A stretch of 64,000 nt of DNA from Octopus vulgaris (GCA_951406725.2 OX597814.1:157294001-157358000), one strand, 5' to 3'; positions 30,463 to 43,777 are shown, counted from the stretch's first letter. Program-made: numbers and translations. The notes: generated from the letters alone by a model not told the origin.

Positions 30463-30870
30463 AGTGGCTGTGTGGTAAGTAGGTGTAGGAGTGGATGTGC
30501 AGTAAGTAACTTGCTTACCAACCACATGATTCCGAGTTCAATCCCACCGCGTGGCACCTTGGGCAAGTGTCGACCGAAGCCTTGTGAGTAGATTTGGTAG
30601 ACGGAAACTGAAATCAGTCCGTCGTATATATGTATATATATATGTACGTGTGTGTGTATATGTTTGTGTGTCTGTGTTTGTCCCGCCAACATCGCTTGAC
30701 AACCAATGCTGGTGTGTTTACATCACCGTAACGTAGTGGTTCGGTAAAAGAGACCGATAGCATAAGCACTAGGCTTACAAAGAATAAGTCCTGGGATCGT
30801 TTTGCTCGACTAAAGGCGGTGCTCCAGAATGGCTACAGTGAAAAGACTAAAACAAGTAAAAAAGGGCAAA
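30463..30870 (+). mobile_element. tRNA-derived SINE, near full length, in lectin intron 2
   Basis: Doubled head gtggctgtgtggtaagta / gtggatgtgcagtaagta, B-box gagttcaatcc, tail ggcggtgctccagaatggc..gactaaaacaag. Confidence 0.88.
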
Positions 30871-31025
30871 AGAGTAAACAGTTATAGTTTATATTAGATA
30901 TATATTTTGGTTACATTTGGGTGTGTGGAGAGAGAGAAAGAGAGAGGGAGAAAGAGAGTGAGAGAAAGTGTGAGACAGTTTTTGTGTGTGAATGAGTGTG
31001 TATAAAATAGTAAAATGTAGCACAC

Positions 31026-31205
31026 CCCATGGTAATAGTGCTTTTAGATAGTTCATTACTTCTAAATTTCTAATGTGAATAAGTCGTCCTCGATCCTTAT
31101 TGCAATTGTCTGCAGCTTCATTCCATGAAATTTTCGTTGAACCTATTTGATAACACAATCTCAATTCTGGTTGGTAAGTGTAGCCGGCTGATGTAGGACA
31201 TTCAG
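31026..31205 (-). CDS. Exon 2 of PAN/Apple-C-type lectin gene (CTLD N-terminal half)
   Basis: Acceptor cctatatatAG, donor GTgtgc, 180 nt, phase 1-1; ECPTSAGYTYQPELRLCY..SWNEAADNCNKDRGRLIHI. Confidence 0.88.
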
Positions 31206-32114
31206 CTATATATAGGTGGGCAAGAGAAATATGTTTCTTCTGTTAGATCATGCGGTAAAGTAATAGCTTATTCTAATTTCCGGTGGCTTTTAACCATTAA
31301 CTGACTTCGAAATATCGTCTCTTACCAAGTGCACCTCAGTTAAAAATGGTTTGTATCTGTACACTGGCAAGTAGAATTTATAGACACTTCCATTCCAGTC
31401 TTGCTTTTGCATGCACAATAAATCTCTTTCTAGAATTTACTTTTCTTCAGCACTCTCTCAACCTCCCGCCAACATAGTTAGCAGCCCTAAAAGTTCCTTT
31501 ATTCATTAAAATGCAAGACAGTGTGACCAGACGATATTTCAGCCAGCAGCATTAAAAATGCATGATTAAGAGCTGGTGCTAAACTCACCTATTTTGATAG
31601 TTTTCACCTCTTTATGAACGTGTATATTTATGAACAGGTTATTGCATCATTAAAGCTTAAAGAAGTAACCTTTCTAACTTTAATGGTTACATAAATGGCT
31701 ATATACATTTTAACATAGTTATAGAAACACGGTTCTGTAACGTTAGATACATAGAAAAAGCGAAGAAACTTTTCTAAACAATTCACAGACAAAACAACAC
31801 TAAATGTGTACGATTAATTACAAGTGTAAAATTAATAGCTACCTGAAAGGAAGCTGTGAACAATTTTAAATTAATTCTGACTAAACTTTTTTTTTTTTTG
31901 AAAAAACACAACAAATACAAATATCAGTGAATAAACAAACTCTTCATAGCTAAACGTACGTACGTCTCCTTTGAGCAACTCTTGACTACAATCACTGTAT
32001 ACAATGGAGCTAGGATCGGAACAAAGGCGCAAGAAGCACTAGCTTAAAGGCCGTATTCCGTGCGGACATTTAAGGTAGCTTCTGCGGAGGGCTAATTGGG
32101 TCTGCGAGCCAAAA

Positions 32115-32118
<4 letters not shown>

Positions 32119-32179
<61 letters not shown>

Positions 32180-32185
32180 AGAGAA

Positions 32186-32215
<30 letters not shown>
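32119..32215. repeat. (GA)n microsatellite
   Basis: Directly visible. Confidence 0.95.
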
Positions 32216-32216
<1 letters not shown>

Positions 32217-32559
32217 TTCACCATGATACGGCTATAATGACTATATGCCTCGGTGGTGTTCGATCTGAGGTTAAAGACGGATGAGAATTAATTCTGTAAT
32301 GTATTCATTCTATTGCTCCAGTTCCATGTTGAATTCCAATTGTTGGCTAATTTTTCCCAAAGTTCTTAGATCTTGTATACAATTTATTTGAATTTTGGTT
32401 TCGGCCCAGGTTGGTTTTAATTTTGAACTGTTGAATCTTTGAACTGTTGTTTGTAAAAATTGTTACTTTGTTGAATTGTTTGACGAATTTTTAATGTAAT
32501 TTAAACACATAGCTTGTTAAGCAAGCTTGTACTTTTTGTTGCTTCTCTATCTGCACGAG

Positions 32560-34915
32560 GAATGGAGGTGGAGATGCCAGGTGCAAAGAAAAGTGGAAGC
32601 TACGCAGCAGTAGCCGGTTAAATGAATGTACCTATTGATAAACTGCGAAAATGTAAGAAGTTTACCGAAAAGGAGGGAGGCAAAGTAAAGCTGACTCCTC
32701 CTGAAGACTTGTTAGCAGAAATAGAAATGAAAACTGTTATTGACAGGACACTCAACACGAAAGAATGAAAAATGGAAGTAGCGAAAGAGTAGGATATCGA
32801 AAGTTGTATTAAGGAAAAAAAAACTTCTTACACTCGTGGAAAGAAATTCGGTACAGTGGAGGTGAGATTCATCTCAACAGAAGAAGCATTAAGAACTCCA
32901 CTGTATCTATTGCAAATGAGGAATGGAAGCTCCTGCCAACTTACTTGGGTAGAAGAATAAACAGAGTAAGGGTTGGTAGGATTCCTCCGGAAATGAAGAA
33001 GAAATGGATAGCGGCGGCAGTCCTATCCACTACAAAAGAAGAGCTCAGCATAGGGTCAGCTACAAGAACGCAGAAACTAAACTGCTGGGGACACGGCCTT
33101 GAGTTGCTGGTTCACATAACTCTGGCGGATATGAACGAGATTCCAGAAGTAATTGAACTCCCAGATGAGGGAACACTAAATGTTTCAGTGGAGGAGCGAC
33201 TCCTCACTTGCTACGGAAGTAGACGGAAGGGGCACATAAAAAAGTGCCCCCAGATAAACAATGAAACTAGATAAAATCTGTATGAACAAAGTCGGAGTAC
33301 CGAAATGACAAGCCCCGCACAGGAGAAGTGTACGGAGGATAGAGAAGAAGAGGGATTTACAGAAGTACCCAAAAGAATGAGAAAGGAAACAGTGAATACA
33401 TCCCACTAAAAGTCGAAAAAAGAAAAAGAAAAATAGTAAAACAGAAGACATTGTACAGCAAACACACGATACACTAGACACTCACACAGCAAATATCACC
33501 ACCAGTAACACCAATAAAAAAAGGAATCAACTCCAGATAGTCCGAGTTCACCTTGTAGACAAACAGACAAGCATAACACACAGTCCCTCAAAGGGCCCTG
33601 AAAAAACAAAGCGCTTATTGTGACATACACAAAATCTACGGCAATTGAACGAAAAATCACCATGTTCAAATCGGTGATTAGAGTGAAATTATCGGTTGAA
33701 GAATATACAGAAAACACTAAACGTATACTAATAGACACGGAAAGATATGCTAACTTAAAGGAATGGTTCGGGACAAACATAGACCCATTAGGAGTGGAGG
33801 TGGCATATGATGACTCACCTCTAGTCGTGGACTATGACGATTTGAAACCGTATACTGGTAAAACAAGTAAGCAAGTTTTTAATATAAAATAGAAAAAGAA
33901 AACGAAAAGACTACTTCGATAGGTAGTTACAGACCTCGAGAAGATTGGAAGTCACTGGGAGCTGCTCAAGAAGGAGGGGAAAGCCTGCGATTGACTCCTC
34001 CAGAAGAAATGACCAATAGTACCAGGAGGACAGTGTGCTACAGAACGCTGTCCTTATCCAGCAAGAAAATTGAGATAGTGACGGAGGAGGCTATAGAAAT
34101 ATGCCTAGAAAATGTCAAAAGTGTAACCATCTGCTATACCAGAGGAAGAAAGTACGGCAAAGTGCAGGTGAGGTTTACCACGGAAGAAGAGGCAATCAAT
34201 CACTCCACTGTACCTCTGAAATCACAGGAATGGGCGCTCCTGCCAACCTACTGCGGTTAAAGAGTCGTGAGCATTAAGGTTGGCAGGATACCGCCAGAAA
34301 TAGAGGAAGCATGGTTGGTAGTAGCCATAACTTATGAAACGGAAGAAATCAAAATATTGCATGTCACAAGAACTAAGAAGTGAAATTGTTGAAATTGTTG
34401 GAGTTATGGACTGGAAAAGGTGGTCCAAGTCAGCCAAGAAGAATTAAATGTGATAACGGAAGAAATACATCCTCAGTACCCCATGTATTAATACAGACCT
34501 AAATGCAGACAAAGAAAACACTCAGAGTGAAATTTCTGGCTGAGGCGAAACCGGAATACACCAAATGTATATAAATAGACGGAGAAAAATACACAAAATT
34601 AAGATAAATATTTGGTTCACTAATTGACCCGTTAGGAGAGGAGGTGGAAACAGAACCCTACCTCCAGTCGTAGATTACAAAGACAATACAGCACCTGAAC
34701 TAGTAAATATATTAAGTACAATTTTTATTGATGAAAGTTTGATATTAAAAAAAAACTGAAAAAAACCCCAGTTAAATGTAACCACCCGAAAGTGGGACTC
34801 GAGTGGCCATTTCACTTGCATTTTTCATATAATGTTTTCTCCACACTTGTATTGTTCTGTCTGTCCTTATACCGTCCGCTCTGTGTTTCGGGCCTTTGTG
34901 CCTAATAAAGAATTA
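32560..34915 (+). mobile_element. Degraded Tx1/L1-like ORF1-type element with two tandem ORF1-like copies and no RT
   Basis: Copy 1 SYAAVA..TRGKKFGTVEVRF..LLPTYLG..VGRIPPE..CYGSRRKGHIKKCP (degenerate zinc knuckle); copy 2 TRGRKYGKVQVRF..LLPTYCG..VGRIPPE; tail ending aataaag. Confidence 0.65.
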
Positions 34916-36476
34916 AGCAGAGAAAAAGCCGAGAGTAGCGTATTGTCGAGGGTCAATACTAGCATCTTGAGTGGAACGATTTGCTAATACGTTATTATTA
35001 TCCCGTTATATCGTACCTCAAACGTGCGATACAACAACTAGTAAGCTGCATATTTATGGTAGTATAATAGTATGTGTAAAACATATTGGCGATAGCAAAT
35101 AAACTATTGACAACATGTACAATGACACAAAAAAGCAAAACTATTGAAAAAGAAATAGATATTATTACATAAAAGCAAACATACGACAGTTGTATTGATA
35201 AAATAGACACCAGTATTTGGTCTTGTTTCTGGCCTAGTGCTCATCTTAGAAACAATAATCTATACGTTTATTGAAAACTTACCTAGAGTTGTGCGTGTAT
35301 AAGATTAGTTAATGTTGTTCCTGCTACGCATACGTGGTTAAGTGATTCTTTTGTTTGAAGGATTTACGTCAACAGTAGAAAGTTAGTTAAACTGCAAGCA
35401 CGCACTCATTGCTAACTTTCTCCCTCTGTCTGTGTGTCTGTCTCTCTCAATCTATCTCTCTTTCTCTGTCTCACTCTCTCTTATTCTCGCTTTCTTCATA
35501 TCATGTAATGTGAGATGAAATATTTGGTAAATACAGCTTAGTATCTGTCCCTCGTTATATCATACTACAAGATATTCCCGAAGTTTGTGGTGAAATATTT
35601 GGGGAAATCTAATGAAACAGTTCACAACTATTTTCGATTTCAGCGAAGACATTACGTCTGAAGATACAACAGGAGAACAGTAGAATAATTCATTTGTAAA
35701 TTTTGAGGTATTTCATTAAAGAAATCCAGCAATGATATGAGTGTGAAGGTTAGTGTAATTAAAATGCTAGTATAATGAACCTGTGAGAGATGACAGTGCA
35801 TGCAAGGTTACGGAATAAACAACCATAATATTGTAATAAATTACTAAATTAAGAAATGCTGTGTGCAGGCTATGCCATATACTTTGAATACAATAGAATG
35901 ATAACACAGTGGTAATATTTGCGCGGTTAATTCGCTATCTTGAGTTTAATTTCACTGTACAGTACCCTAAAATGTATTTTCTGTCATCTACGTTGAATAG
36001 AAAAAAGTGTAATTGAAATCTCTCTATGTTCGTTCGACCTTCTATAACGAACAACCAAACCTCACTGAAATCATATCCTCGTCTTAGAGAAAGAACATAT
36101 AAGATGATATATGTTCTAGAAAGCACTAAAACACATGAGATAATTACAGTGGAAATGCCTTTGATCATATTCTATCAGGATTAACCATAGCTTCCACAAC
36201 AACAAGAACAGCAACAACAACACATTTAAGGGGAAACGTAAATTAATCTGAAAGAAATATATGGAAAGCAAAAGGTCAAAAACATAGTTAGGGATATGAC
36301 TGATGCTGCTTCAATTAGAACATTCAGAATGGGTGGAAGGTAAAGAATAATAGAAAAGAAATACATAACTATTCTTTGAACGTTGGTTTCCTTGAAGAGA
36401 GTCTACTAGAGGCTGATGGAAATATAAAAATATACACATCATGTAAAATAGAAAAGAATCTCAAAAAACTACTCAC

Positions 36477-36831
36477 GGGCTTGTAGCATGGTGTAAATAC
36501 TGTTTGCAGGAATGTCGATGAACGATGAGGCACCAGGTAATTGCTTGATTTTACGCAGGATACATACTTTCTCGGAAACGCTGTAAATAATCATACCACA
36601 TTCGGAATATGTCACACAGTGAGAAAAGCATTCCATTTCTGATCGGATGTTTGACATCTGGATTAATTTGTCATCTTCTGGAATGGCAGTTAGAGGAGGT
36701 GGAAGACGAGTCCCATAATATTCTCTGAAAGCTACATTACTGCCCAAACATATTTGGAATAATAGCATTGAGAAAGTAATTACGTAAACATTTGCTTTAT
36801 GAATGTCGTGACTAACTGAGAAGCAAAGCAT
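36477..36831 (-). CDS. Exon 1 of PAN/Apple-C-type lectin gene (signal peptide + PAN/Apple-like domain)
   Basis: ATG at 36831; hydrophobic VYVITFSMLLFQICLG; SEMECFSHC..ECGMIIY..VCIL cysteine pattern; donor GTGAGT, phase 1. Confidence 0.85.
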
Positions 36832-37259
36832 ATTTGTTTACAATATTGTGATAGATGGAACTTCAAATGCTTTACTAGTTATTAAAGGATTATCACTTCC
36901 CTCACAGAAGAAATATCGTCTGCTTTATGTCTTATGAAATAATCGTCCTGATTTTGCTTTTCGGTCTCTCTGTTATATAATAGAAGCGAAAATGTTTCCC
37001 GAAACAAAAGAAAAGGCGTGACTCTCCTATCAAAGCCCAACTCCGAGTACTAGAATGGCAACCTTTCACTGTGTGTTCTAAATTATAACACATACACACA
37101 CACACACACACGTATATATATATGATAATCTGCATGTTCATTCACCCGTTATACATCAGTTAATTAGAGAGGTTGAGGTGGAGTGAGTGAGCGGTGAAGA
37201 GTGACAGATGGAGGAGGAGAGAAGAAAGAAGAGAGGAAGAAGTAGAGAAAATTGATTAA

Positions 37260-37298
37260 TATTTATACATTGACGCCAAATGGTCACATGATCAGCTG
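37260..37298 (-). promoter_or_regulatory. Candidate lectin promoter: TATA box with clustered E-boxes and a CRE half-site
   Basis: Minus strand CAGCTG, TCATGTGA, CATTTG, CGTCA, then TATAAATA, ~430 bp upstream of the ATG. Confidence 0.45.
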
Positions 37299-38396
37299 AA
37301 GAGAGAGGCCACATATAAGCAAATTGTGTAAATGAGCCAAATATAAGCAAATTAACCAAATAGAAGCACATGTTCGAACTGCTAATTTAACGGTAAATGG
37401 CACAATAATTATTATAGATAAATTTCTTAATATATATATATATATATATATTAATCGATGTATTAAATGTTAATTTAAGGTTTAATATGTAACTGTAAAT
37501 ACCTTGCAACGTTGATTGTTGTTAACTGGCAATTGAACGGTAAATGTGTAAAATAAGGGGATCTTAGTGTTATCACTTTAAAATTAAAAGAGAAAGAATA
37601 AAATTGAAACAATATTATATCACACAGGTTTAGTCACTGGCTCGGCACCTATGTTTGTGTTCTTCATTCCAAATAATAAAAACTTTAACTTACTTCCAAA
37701 ATAGGAATTCTTCCATGTGAATCCGTGTGTGTATATGTGCAAGTGTGTGTGTTGGGGTGTTGGGTGATGGTTTTAGTGCGCAAGAAAAATATTTACAGAA
37801 ATATACTGGTATAAATTCTATTAAAATAAGTTATCTTTATATGCCATTTTACCAATTCTCTATGTAAATTATAGGAAAGTGTGTATGAAATGAAATTAGA
37901 ATCGATGAAGTTAGTAAAGTTTTAGCGTTTTTGGTACCAACATATTCTCTCTTGTAATTAACTATTGCAAAGGAGAGAAAATGCCACCCTCTCTTTTGCA
38001 AGAAAAATTGATTTTGGCAATAAGGATTAAACCCTTGTTTCATTATCACAATTAAAAAGCGTTTATCTTTATTTAAAAACAAAAAGAAGAGGTGGGGTTG
38101 TTGACCTATGAGGGAGAATTATTCAATATCGTGTTTGCTTCTCTCAGAATCGTTTACCTTTAAAGCGAAAAAACAAAACCGACGTATGCGACAGATATGT
38201 AAAACATACTTCTGTTTACTTTCTCTGTACATTCGCATAAGCTGTAGAAATTTTTGTGCCCCTATATAGGCAAGGGCCAAAATTTTCCCCAGACTAGAAC
38301 CTTCCCCGAGTAATGAAATACCGTTAGGCCAAATTTGGTATAGATTGATCCAGCGTTTTGGCTGTGCATAGAGGAAACACACACATACACGCAGTG

Positions 38397-38463
<67 letters not shown>

Positions 38464-38665
38464 GAGTAGTTTAAAGAATTATCTTATTAAGGATAATTCG
38501 AATTAACCGATACCTGGGTAGCAAATTCACATCAGAAAAAACACGGTTGCAGTTACGTGCCTAGGGCATAGATTACGTGCTTTCGTGTGGAAATTTGTAT
38601 GTATATTTTGAAAATATAAATATATGAAAGAATGGAGCTGAACGACGAATTAACAAAATTCTTTT

Positions 38666-38750
38666 ATTTTCGACATATGTTTCGAAGGCTGCATATTCCT
38701 AATTGCGAAGGAATAAGGAGTATATTATGCCGCTTTCTCATCAGGAAAAT
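38666..38750 (-). ncRNA. Type I hammerhead with extended stem/loop II
   Basis: Minus strand attttc-CTGATGA-gaaag..cttc-GAAA-catatg-TC-gaaaat. Confidence 0.78.
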
Positions 38751-39661
38751 CATGGAACTTATGTCAACATCAAAATGCACAAAAAACTTTTCAGTATTCA
38801 ACTTTCCGAGAAAAGAGAAAACAACACAGCACGGGACTAAGTAAATCAGTTTTGCGTCTGAAGGACAGCAATACAACTTTCAAGCTGGAATGGTCCATAT
38901 TGTCGGTGTCCTTTCCGTTTGATAAGGGCAGAAAACTTTGTGGCATCTGTAATTCCGAACTTTTTCATATTTTGTTCGCCAAAGTCCCTTTAATAAATAC
39001 AATCGTCGAGAGGTCATACAGGTGCATGCACTGGCAAAAATACACCTTTCACTCATATGTATAATGATTAATATAGATAAACCCTTGAATTTTAATTAAT
39101 ATAATTTCTTTTTTTATATATATGTCACCACCATAGTCAAAAAAATCTTTTTTATACTTTCAAAGAACTACTACCCAATCCAGTGAGGTTGTTGCCTTAG
39201 TCCCTCTACCTCGCCCCCTCTTTCTCTCTCTTTCTCTCTCTATTTCCCTCTTTCTATAGTAAGCACAATCAAACACACAGACACAAAATCTCACCTCACC
39301 ACTGTCTGTTTTCTGACATCTACCCATCCACATACACAATCACGCATACACATACAAACACACACACATTAATGCAGTTATATACAGTCACACACACAGG
39401 CACTCATTCACAAAAGAAATTAACAAAATCCACCATTCATATGATGCTCCCTTTCACCTTCCTATTCTTTTGCCTCTCTCCTCCAACTTCGTTTGAACCC
39501 TTGAACCTTTAGAACCTTCTAGATTCTTCTACTTTCAACCACTTTGACGTCACTCCTTATAAAGGAATATTTTAAAGAGACACTCATTACAGCTATGGGC
39601 TTCGTGTGAGCAATCATCTGAAAGTTTTTTGTGCATTTTGATGTTGACATAAGTTCCTTGC

Positions 39662-39744
39662 TTTTCCTGATGAGAAAGCGGCATAATGTACTCCTTATTC
39701 CTTCGCAATTAGGAATATGCAACCTTCGAAACATATGTCGAAAA
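39662..39744 (+). ncRNA. Type I hammerhead (inverted copy of 38666-38750)
   Basis: ttttc-CTGATGA-gaaag..cttc-GAAA-catatg-TC-gaaaa. Confidence 0.78.
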
Positions 39745-39797
39745 TAAAGGAATTTTGTTAATTCGTCGTTCAACTCCATTCTTTCAAATATATAAAT

Positions 39798-39896
<99 letters not shown>

Positions 39897-39904
39897 TATA
39901 TAAA

Positions 39905-40502
39905 TTTAGATAATAAGGCTGAAAAATTGAATATTAATTTGATTAATATCAATTTAAAACCAGTGGCCTAGCTTATTGAAAATTCGGAAGATTCAGAAAA
40001 TTTATATTACATACATATAAGAAGGAATGACCACGAAGTAGATATCCATTATGCTAAAAGTAGACCCTTTATGGTCTTACCGCTAAGAAAAGATTGTTCT
40101 CAAGAAAATTCGGCAAACGCCAGAACGTAAGCGAGCAAGATAAATGAAAAGACACAAAATATAAAGGTTAATCACAAACCAGGTTTCATTGTTATCACTT
40201 ACGTAATTACTTACGTAAATGTCCGCAATTCATCAGTGTGATCACCATAGCAAAATATAATTTGCAGAACTATACAAGAGGCCCCCGTTATGACGATCAC
40301 AATGATGAATTGCGGACTTTACGTAAGTGGTAACAATGAAATAGGGTTTGCGATTAATCTTAATATTTGGCATCTTTTCATTTGTCTTGCTTGCTCACGT
40401 TCTGGCGCTTGCTGAATTTTCTTCAGAACAATCTTTTCTTAGTGGTAAGACTATAGGGGGTCTACTTCTAGTATAATAGATATCTACTTAATGGTCATCC
40501 TT

Positions 40503-40512
<10 letters not shown>
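39905..40512. mobile_element. Non-coding fold-back element (PLE-tail family shared with 11354)
   Basis: 40011-40245 and 40294-40512 are diverged inverted arms. Confidence 0.75.
40171..40242 (-). ncRNA. Type I hammerhead
   Basis: Minus strand atcaca-CTGATGA-attg..caat-GAAA-cctgg-TT-tgtgat; the mirror copy at 40296-40354 has a mutated core (ATGATGA). Confidence 0.72.
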
Positions 40513-40543
<31 letters not shown>

Positions 40544-40915
40544 AGAATGTGTGTCTGACTGGCTGTTTGTATGTATGTGGGAATCCCTAAAACTCGAGAA
40601 GTACCCAACCAATTTCATTCAAATTTTACACATGCATTACTTAGGGTCCATTGAGTGTTTTCAATGTCTTGCCTAATGCATGCCCGGAGCATTCTTTTAC
40701 ACTTTTACATGTGAAAAGTGAATATTGTTTTAATTTTAATTCTAATGTGATAACATTAAGATCATCTTGTTTTACATATTTACCGTTCAATTACCAGTTA
40801 ATAAGCATCGTAGCAGTTGCAAGGTTGTAGGGTTTTTACAAATACATATTAACCCTTAAATTAAAATTTATTACATGTGCTTAATATATATGTATATTAA
40901 GAAATGTATCTATAA

Positions 40916-42232
40916 CTAGCAGATATACCCGGCGTTGCCCGTGTTACATGCAATTGAAGAATTAGACTTTTCTGTTATATTTTCTGTATTGAACTGGAAT
41001 ACCTATGTTTCAAATTTCATCTAAATTGCACATGAGGGTTATTTTCCTCTTTACACACCCTAAAAAAATTGTAATCGTGCCACATGTATCCCATACTACT
41101 GATTTTTATGCGCATATTCCCAAATTCCAGTGTTATTGAAACTGTTAATAGGATTATGCTCCTGAAAAATGAAGGTCATGGAGCCATAAAATGTGAGAGT
41201 TAAGACCCCTGTTGGGGGTGGGTGTCTTAATGTCAAGCAGAGAAGTTGAATTGTTGAGACTCTTTTTAACTTGGGTCTTATATCTATTGTTTGAATTTCT
41301 TTGAAATAGGGAATATACGTTCACTGGCTTTGTAAAAGAGAGCAAAGCTACAGGAAGCCATAAGACGAATGATCACAATAAGCAATCAGCTACTCTACCC
41401 TAGTCGTTAGCACTCCCAATGTAGGATTCCTCACCATCCAGGTGACAGGCACAGCCGTAAGATGCATTACGAATCTATAGCAATTGGAAGGGCGTGACCC
41501 TACTGAAATAAACATTAACAACTGTATGACGTGAGGGCTAAGGAGAAATGAAAGTGTCAACTCTGGAGTTTGCAAATGACAACTCTACAGATACGTAACT
41601 GGACAGAATAAATCTACAATCTATAAATGTCTTTGAATAACCAGTCACCCATCTGGGAAGGCCTTGAAATTAATATTACCATCTGGGGACTATGCGTGAC
41701 CCAGTGATAATAAAACACTGAAAGGAGGTCTGAAATCAAATAACTTTACTCAACACTTTGCAACTGAATCAGTGGAGGCAAAGATGCCTCTCATTTACTT
41801 GACAATTTATGCAGAACATTGCATAAATCGCAATGTAAGTGTATGTTAAAGCAAACTGACACACTGCTCTACCCCTGAATTACAAATAATGCCCATCTTT
41901 TAAGCTCGGGTAACCCTACAGCTTCCAAGAGTACAACTGTATTCGTCTTTGCTTAGATAAAATGACAAAATTATGGGTGTTAAGTCCCCATGGGGGGGTC
42001 TTTCTAACTTGTAAGAAGATGAAATTTTATAAATATTACTTGATTTGTGTCTAATATATATGGTTAAAATTTCATCAACAGCATAAATATATGAATTGTG
42101 ATGGGAGTAATGGCCCTTATGCATAGAATATAATTTCCAAATTTCATAAAGATCCATTCAGTACATTTTACCTAGTTTTGGATCATAAAAGAAATGACTA
42201 AAATTTGGGTGTTAAGGCCCCCATTAAGGTGT

Positions 42233-42319
<87 letters not shown>

Positions 42320-42618
42320 TTATACATATATATATATCGATATACACACACACACAGAAAGACAACGATAGATTGATAGATACAACTGAGTGGACAAACA
42401 AAAATATGAGACACAGCCTAGTGCTTTTTTATGTTGATAAACCTGGTACTTATTTATCAGATTGTTCCTGTGAAACCAGCAAGTTATGGGGTTGTAAATA
42501 AATGATCACCAGTTGTGAACCAGTAATGAGGGCGAACCACAGAGACAAAGACACACACACATACATATATATAGACGTATATATACGATTGATTTGTTTC
42601 AGTTCCTGTCTACGAAAT

Positions 42619-42684
<66 letters not shown>

Positions 42685-43244
42685 ACACCCACACACACAA
42701 ATATGAATTGATAGATACAACTGAGTGGCCAAATTAAAATACGAGACACTGCCTAGTGCTTGTTTTATTTTGATAAGACTGGTACTTTTTCTATCAGCTT
42801 CTTCTTGTAAAACCAATATATTATGGGGATGTAAATAAACGAACACCAGTTGTGAAGCAGTGATGACTCACCCATAGAGTTACATATATACATACATATA
42901 TATACGATTGATTTCTTTCCGTTTCTGTCTACAAAATCCACTGACAAAGCTTTGGTTGGTCTGAGGCTATAGCAGAAGACACATGCCAAGTCACCACACA
43001 GTAGACTGAACTCAGGACCATGTTTTTGGAACCATGTTTTTAACCACACAGCCACACCTGTACCTATGTATGTGTGTGTGTGTATGGGTGTATCTATGCA
43101 TGCATGTATATATGCGTATATATATATGTACATATTACATCTATATATGTATATATCTACACATACATGTATACATATACACCTATATCTATAGAAATGC
43201 ATCTCTACATATACATGTATATATATACATATGTATATATATAT

Positions 43245-43275
<31 letters not shown>

Positions 43276-43689
43276 CAGATACCCTTCATCTGTATTGATC
43301 ATTTTATTCCCCTACGACGGAACTACGAATTCATTTTCGGCAGTATTATTTGTGACTCACGTGGGGGAAAATCTGGAGGGAGATACGAATTCACTTGTCT
43401 ATATAAATGTGGATATGCTGGTGGGCTTCTATATGTCAGATTTATTTATCGGAAAATTATGTTAATAAAGGAAATGAATCTCTGATTTTAATCCAGAAAC
43501 GTGCGTCCATAATTGACCGGACATTGTTTGATTTCGTTGTTTTTCTTCGTTTTTTTTTTGCCATAGTGACTTACAAATACTGTTGTTTGTGGGACATATT
43601 TTTGTAGTAAAAGAAATAACAGTCGTCTGGCTGCTATTTCTAATACTTTCGGTATGTGGTCAAGCAACCTGTTGCAAAGACCCTCATTG

Positions 43690-43735
<46 letters not shown>

Positions 43736-43777
43736 ACATTTATATATATACATCTAGATATACAGATCTACCTATAA

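Larger units (their letters stand above)
38625..39786 (+). mobile_element. PLE 3' fragment with an inverted 5' copy of its tail
   Basis: GIY-YIG C-terminus LEWSILS..CGICNSELFHI..CMH (38852-39064); 38625-38789 is inverted relative to 39621-39786. Confidence 0.85.
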
